From the NCBI GenBank assembly GCA_026936335.1, contig JAPMXV010000009.1, positions 186,001 to 250,000 of the forward strand: a stretch of DNA of 64,000 bases, read 5' to 3'. Both the position numbers and the translations under genes were made by a program. The stretch comes from Mantamonas sphyraenae STR306 (Eukaryota; Protista; CRuMs). The notes below the pieces were generated by a model, which searched no databases, was not told the origin of the DNA, and saw only the letters and a program-made list of their open reading frames with translations. How positions within the stretch are numbered: position 1 is the stretch's first letter; each line of letters opens with the position of its first letter. Positions 59,206-64,000 of the stretch are shown here, piece after piece.

Positions 59206-60072
59206 ATGAGCTCGGGTCCAAGCACAGGGCGCACAACCACGTCATCATCTTCAGGACACCGTGTGGGTGGCACATCCAGAAGCAAGGGAGGCACAACAGG
59301 CACTCGCAGCGGCAGGGTCGGCCAAACCCATCGCAGCAAACGTCCTTCGCAAGCGTCGAGTGGAAACACCGAGAAGAAGAAGACGTCCAAATCCACAAAC
59401 ACCAATTGGGATGCCATTCACAGCGCCCGCACAAAGGCGTACTCTTCTGCTGAAGCCGAGTTTCGGGACACCGTGAAAAGCACGAATTCTCCTCAGAAAA
59501 CGGCTGGCACGAGCACGAAGAAGGTGGAGAAGGAAGAGAAACAGGCACAGGGGTTCCGAATGATCGTTCCAGACCGTACCAAACATGCACAGCTGCAGCA
59601 ACGCGCTCAGGAGGCCGAACAATTGGCCTCCAAACCAAAGAAGAAACCCAGCAAGGCTGTGCATGGCGGCGGAGGCAAAATAGGCACCTCGATGTCGTCC
59701 ACAAGCACTGGAAGCACAAAAAATTTTGTCTCTGGTGGCAAAACCATGCGTGCAAAGCGCGTGGAGGCGCTGACGCGTGCCGGGATGGACAAGAAGCTGC
59801 AGAGCAAGAGCTCAAGCGGCACCTCGCTGCGCGAACGCAAGAAGCAAGAAGAGGAGGCAGAATTGGCGTTGAAGAAGAAGCAACAGCGCGCCAAGGCCAT
59901 TCAGCTGCGCAAGAGGACGGAGAAGAAGCAGCACGATCAGATGATCGAGGCAAGGCTTGCCCGCCTGGAAAAGTTTGACAATCACGGGACACAGAGCAGT
60001 AGCACGACCACAACCACAACCAAGTCCACGTCGACCACCGCCGTCAAGTCGACCACGTCTGCAAAAAAGTGA
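59206..60072 (+). CDS. Basic hypothetical protein, possibly NuSAP-like
   Basis: Lys/Ser/Thr-rich ORF with 'NWDAIHSARTKAYSS' and a charged C-terminal helix. Confidence 0.55.
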   Translation: MSSGPSTGRTTTSSSSGHRVGGTSRSKGGTTGTRSGRVGQTHRSKRPSQASSGNTEKKKTSKSTNTNWDAIHSARTKAYSSAEAEFRDTVKSTNSPQKTAGTSTKKVEKEEKQAQGFRMIVPDRTKHAQLQQRAQEAEQLASKPKKKPSKAVHGGGGKIGTSMSSTSTGSTKNFVSGGKTMRAKRVEALTRAGMDKKLQSKSSSGTSLRERKKQEEEAELALKKKQQRAKAIQLRKRTEKKQHDQMIEARLARLEKFDNHGTQSSSTTTTTTKSTSTTAVKSTTSAKK

Positions 60073-60128
60073 CCGATGGAGCTGCGCATCCCAAAGCAAC
60101 AAAACTCACCTCATTCACTGCCCTCTCC

Positions 60129-62876
60129 ATGGAAGTCACGGACGCTCCGGTGTACAAACCGACGTGGGAGGAGTTCCAAGACCCAATTAAAGTGCTGGCA
60201 AACATTGCGGAACTGGTAGGCTGGTTGCCGAGTGTTTGCTGACGCTCGCTTTGTGCAAATTCACACTGCCCTGCATACGATACGACACCGGCACGTTGGC
60301 ACTCACACGCACATGCTCACCAGGGATTTGCCAATGGCATTGTACGCATACGCCCTCCGAGGGAGTTCCGCCCTCCATTTGCCTTGAACAAGTCGATGCG
60401 GGTCCTGACCAAGCGTCAACCCCTCCATCACCTCATGCACAAAGACCAAATTGTCCGCGAATCGTTCTACAAGTCGCTGGATGAATATTGCAAGGGTCAC
60501 CAGGGTCGAGTTGTGTATGTGACTGCGCATGTCTATTGTGGGGCGCTTTCTTGATTGCACGTGGTGTGGACCCCACTCATCACTTACGCTCTGTGCCCTT
60601 CTTTTGCCCGTGCGCTGTGTCCCGCAGTCGTTCCATCATGGTGGTCGAGCGAGAAATAGACCTGTTCAAGCTGTACACGGCCGTCACCATGCACGGGGGT
60701 TTCGACCAGGTGTGCAAGGACCAGTGCTGGACCCAGATTGCCGGCCAGCTCGGTGCAGGCTTTTGCAACCGCCGCGTGGCCCAGGGTGTCTGTTGGACCT
60801 ACCGTCTCTTCCTGCTCGACTATGAGCGCTACCAACATCCGGACGGCATCTACAAGCACGAGAAAGGCCGCAGCGAGTTGGATCAAGTTCAGCTGAGCAA
60901 CAAGCGCAAACTGATCTCCGGAAGGATGCAAAACGCAAAACGACGCCGCATGTCAGAGGGCGAATCAGCCTCCTCTGGACGCATGTCTTCTGCCTCCGAC
61001 AACGGGTGGCATGTGCCCGAGGAAGAGTCGTCCTTTGACCAGCCTGTGGGCTATGCACACTCCAAACTGGGCTTTGCTGAGGGCGTCTCCACCTCGGTCC
61101 TCGAATACGCTCGCACCGCCTGCCGCTTTGAGAAGTACGTTGACCATATCTGCGTGTGTCCGTATTGCCTTCTGTTGTGCCTTGCCCCACCTCTCCAATC
61201 CCTTCTTCTGCCCTGCCCTCCCTCCGTCCAGACGCTCACATAACCCGCTGTCGCTCTCGCCCTCGTCGGTCGCCTTTTGCTTTTTTTCCCACCTTCCGTG
61301 CTGCCTTTCCACGCCATCCGTATTCTCCAGCTCCATTTACGAGTCGAGCAAGTCCGACGACATCGAAGCTCTGGAGCACGACTTTTGGGATGTGGTCAAC
61401 ATCGGTTGCCGCGAGCTCTACGTGGACTACGGTTCCGATATCAGCACCGCGAAGCAAGGCTCGGGCTTTCACGAGCCCGCTGAACTGCTCGAACACCCGG
61501 ACAAGTACAACATCTTCCACGTCCAAAAGGCCAACCAGGACCCGTCCAACCCAGTTCCCTACACCTCCCCCGGCCTTTGGGACCTTACCAAGTTGCCCCT
61601 GCATCCGCAGACCATCTTTGGGTGAGTTGTCGTTGTTTCCTCCCTCTGTGGCCCCCGGTTCCGTCCCTCGATGCCCATTCCTTCCCTTTCTGCACTCCAC
61701 ACGACACACTGCATGCCTACCTGCCCGGACGCACGCCCGTCAGAACCAAATGCGTGCACACAGGCCGAACGGCGTCCAAGAACTCCCGCGCTGACCTTTT
61801 TGGCGCGCATTTCCCGCTGCGTTTCCCTTTTTTTCCCACCCCACTTTTTTCGCAGCTCTCTGGAGACCAAGATCGACGGCGTGACCACTCCTTACCTGTA
61901 CATCGGCATGTTATTTTCGAGTTTCTGCTGGCACGCCGAGGACAACTTTCTGTACAGCATCAGCTACCTGCACACGGGCGCGCCAAAGATTTGGTACGGT
62001 GTGCCCACCCACTCGGCCGACAAGCTGGAAAACGCCCTCAAGACCCTTTTCCCAAGCATGTTTGAGCACGAGCCCGACGCCATGTACCATCTCACGACGC
62101 TTGTCGACCCGCTTGTTCTCATCGACATGGGTGTGCCCGTTGTGCGGACCGTCCAGGAGGCCGGCGATTTTGTCGTCACATTTCCTCGTGGCTTCCACGC
62201 CGGCTTCAACACAGGCTTCAACGTCGCCGAGGCCGTCAATTTCGCCCTGCCCAACTGGATGCGTTTTGGCCAGCAGGCCATCAACAAGTACGCCTACGTG
62301 CGCTTCGCCATTTTCTCCCACTCGGAAATGGCTCTCAAGCTCGCCATCCACAATAACTCCAAGGACATGGCCAAGGAGATCCTGCACAGCTTTGGACCCA
62401 TCTGGACCAAGTTTTGCAAGACCTCGCAAGAGCTCATCAACAACGGAATCCGCCGCGAGCGCATTGTAGACGATGTCATGGACGTTGTCGACCTCGTCTG
62501 CAGCAAGGAGTGCTGCGTCTGCCTCAGCTACTGCCTCCTCGGCTACGTCACGTGCACTTGCACTCCCGACATGGTTGTCTGTGTCCACGACGTCGACAGT
62601 CTCTGCGCATGCCACGTCGCAGACAAAACCCTCCACCTTCGCTTCAACTTTCCTCACATCACGCTCCTGCTGCGAGTCCTCCAGCGACGAGCCTCGGGCC
62701 AGTTCCAAGAGCCTCCGTCGACCACAAGGCCATCAGTGCTCTCTACGACAATCGCTGGACGCGCAATGGCAAGCGAAAGGTTGTTACATATTTTCCGGAC
62801 GAGATCGACCTTCAGGGCGGCCTCAGCTACAGGTGACCAGTGCTTGCAACCCCCAACCCCCAATCCCCCCCAATGA
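60129..62876 (+). CDS. KDM5/JARID1-like histone demethylase (JmjN-ARID-JmjC-C5HC2); 5 exons
   Basis: JmjN 'APVYKPTWEEFQDP'; ARID 'IDLFKLYTAVTMHGGF..W'; JmjC 'FCWHAED...FPRGFHAGFNTGFNVAEAVNFA'; C5HC2 finger. Four GT-AG introns restore the frame. Confidence 0.9.
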
Positions 62877-62924
62877 ATTGCACGATGTGCACAGAGTCCC
62901 TTCGTCTGTCTGCTCCACACACAA

Positions 62925-64000
62925 TCAGTTCCATTCGTTGCCACTCTGATTCCTCCTCCACGCACGCACTGCTTCCATGTCCTCTTGCGTCGCAAACCCT
63001 GCGGCTGCGCTGTGCTCGTCGTCGCTACTCTCCTCTGCCCCGTCCTGTCCGTCTTCCTCGCCTCCCTCGGCGCCGCCCTCAAACACATTGCTCACAATTG
63101 AAAACAGCTTCGTCTGCAGCTCGTGCTGGTGCGCCGTCAGCAGCTTCAGGTCCGTTAACAGCGTCACCACGTTCTGCGTTTCGATCTCTGCCGCATCCGG
63201 AAGCATCTGGATCTGGAAGCGGCGTGTGCCCTGGATGGCCTGCGCCTGCGCCTTGGCCGTCTGCGATGATGCGTCCAGCAGGTGAGCCGTCATGCCTTCG
63301 CCGTTGCGTACCTTGGCCAGGTGAGCCTGCGCCATCCCTAGATCCTCGCTCATTTCGCTGTAGCTTCGCAGCAGCGGCTCCACCAGGTACCCAAAGTTGG
63401 CTTGCATCGACTTGTTCTCCAGCAAGCGACCCACATCCTCCAGCTCCAAGCCAAACGCTGCCAGCTGCTCCTGCATGTTTGCGTAGAGGCTCTCCTTGAC
63501 CGTCACCACCGCCTTCAGTGCCTCCTGCAGGTCCATGATCTGCGACTTTTCCGCACTGACCCCCAGCGAAAAGTACGCGCTGTCGATGATAGACTGCACA
63601 TAGCCCTCCAGCGGAAAGTACAAGTGTCGGTTCAACTTGCTCAGCATCCCGTTAAGGTTGGTGGCAAACCGTTCGATGGCCGTGTCCTCTCCGTACAGCG
63701 CCGCAAAGTTCACCGTGTTCACGTGCGGAAGCGTTGTCTCGATGTACGCACGCAGCTCCTGGAACTCGTCGTGAATCTGCATCCGGTGTGCTACCAGCGT
63801 CTCCTTCCAGCTGCCCAGATACTCCAGCAGCCGAGTGTCCTGAGCACTGAGCACAGGGTGTGTGCGCACCTCGGCTCCCCCCTCCTCTTTTTTGTCCTCA
63901 AACTGCCGGATGCGTTTGTCCAGCTCCACCAACTCCATCCCCTGCTGTCTCACCAGCGATCGGATCATGGCCAGCAGCGCCTCCTCCTCCTCGTCTTCCT
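62925..64000 (-). CDS. Hypothetical helical protein, 5'-truncated by the window edge
   Basis: Open frame with host-like codon usage runs to the window end and converges on the KDM5-like gene. Confidence 0.6.
   Translation of the reverse strand, partial: EDEEEEALLAMIRSLVRQQGMELVELDKRIRQFEDKKEEGGAEVRTHPVLSAQDTRLLEYLGSWKETLVAHRMQIHDEFQELRAYIETTLPHVNTVNFAALYGEDTAIERFATNLNGMLSKLNRHLYFPLEGYVQSIIDSAYFSLGVSAEKSQIMDLQEALKAVVTVKESLYANMQEQLAAFGLELEDVGRLLENKSMQANFGYLVEPLLRSYSEMSEDLGMAQAHLAKVRNGEGMTAHLLDASSQTAKAQAQAIQGTRRFQIQMLPDAAEIETQNVVTLLTDLKLLTAHQHELQTKLFSIVSNVFEGGAEGGEEDGQDGAEESSDDEHSAAAGFATQEDMEAVRAWRRNQSGNEWN

Noticed and set aside
46171-60072. Mitotic gene cluster (coiled coil, Aurora, NuSAP-like)
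   Set aside because: Two of the three assignments are tentative and unrelated genes lie in between.
1-64000. Alternative genetic code, tRNA, rRNA, CRISPR array or transposon
   Set aside because: TGA, TAA and TAG all end genes and conserved domains contain no in-frame stops. All repeats are simple microsatellites, and no transposase, reverse transcriptase or RNA-gene signature was recognised.

Overview
This is a very gene-dense, GC-rich nuclear region from a flagellated microbial eukaryote. It uses the standard genetic code and has spliceosomal GT-AG introns of about 90-340 nt; the taxon cannot be determined from the sequence alone. About 27 protein-coding genes tile the window, and many spacers are only 10-120 nt, shorter than the introns. 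Recognisable products include an ARM-repeat protein, a PTS1-bearing alpha/beta hydrolase, a LAF3/YtcJ-like amidohydrolase, RSPH10B, SVIP, PIG-Q, PPP1R36, PPP4R1, an ankyrin protein, ALDH3, RPAP1, ARL16, Spartan, HDHD5/CECR5, a CCCH zinc-finger protein, a tandem FolB, an AXDND1-like protein, two large coiled-coil proteins, Aurora kinase, a double cystatin and a KDM5-like demethylase. The strongest candidate for something new is an intronless, bacterial-type triple fusion at 26408-29788 (PseC-like sugar aminotransferase + SpsF-like cytidylyltransferase + class III aminotransferase). It points to a horizontally acquired pseudaminic/legionaminic-type sugar pathway in a eukaryote. The second candidate is a 4xRING-MIF4G-PAM2 protein at 4694-8270. 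Three single-base frameshifts in homopolymer or low-complexity runs are probably assembly errors. No rRNA, tRNA, CRISPR array or mobile element was recognised. Exon boundaries were inferred by eye and family calls come from remembered motifs, not database searches.
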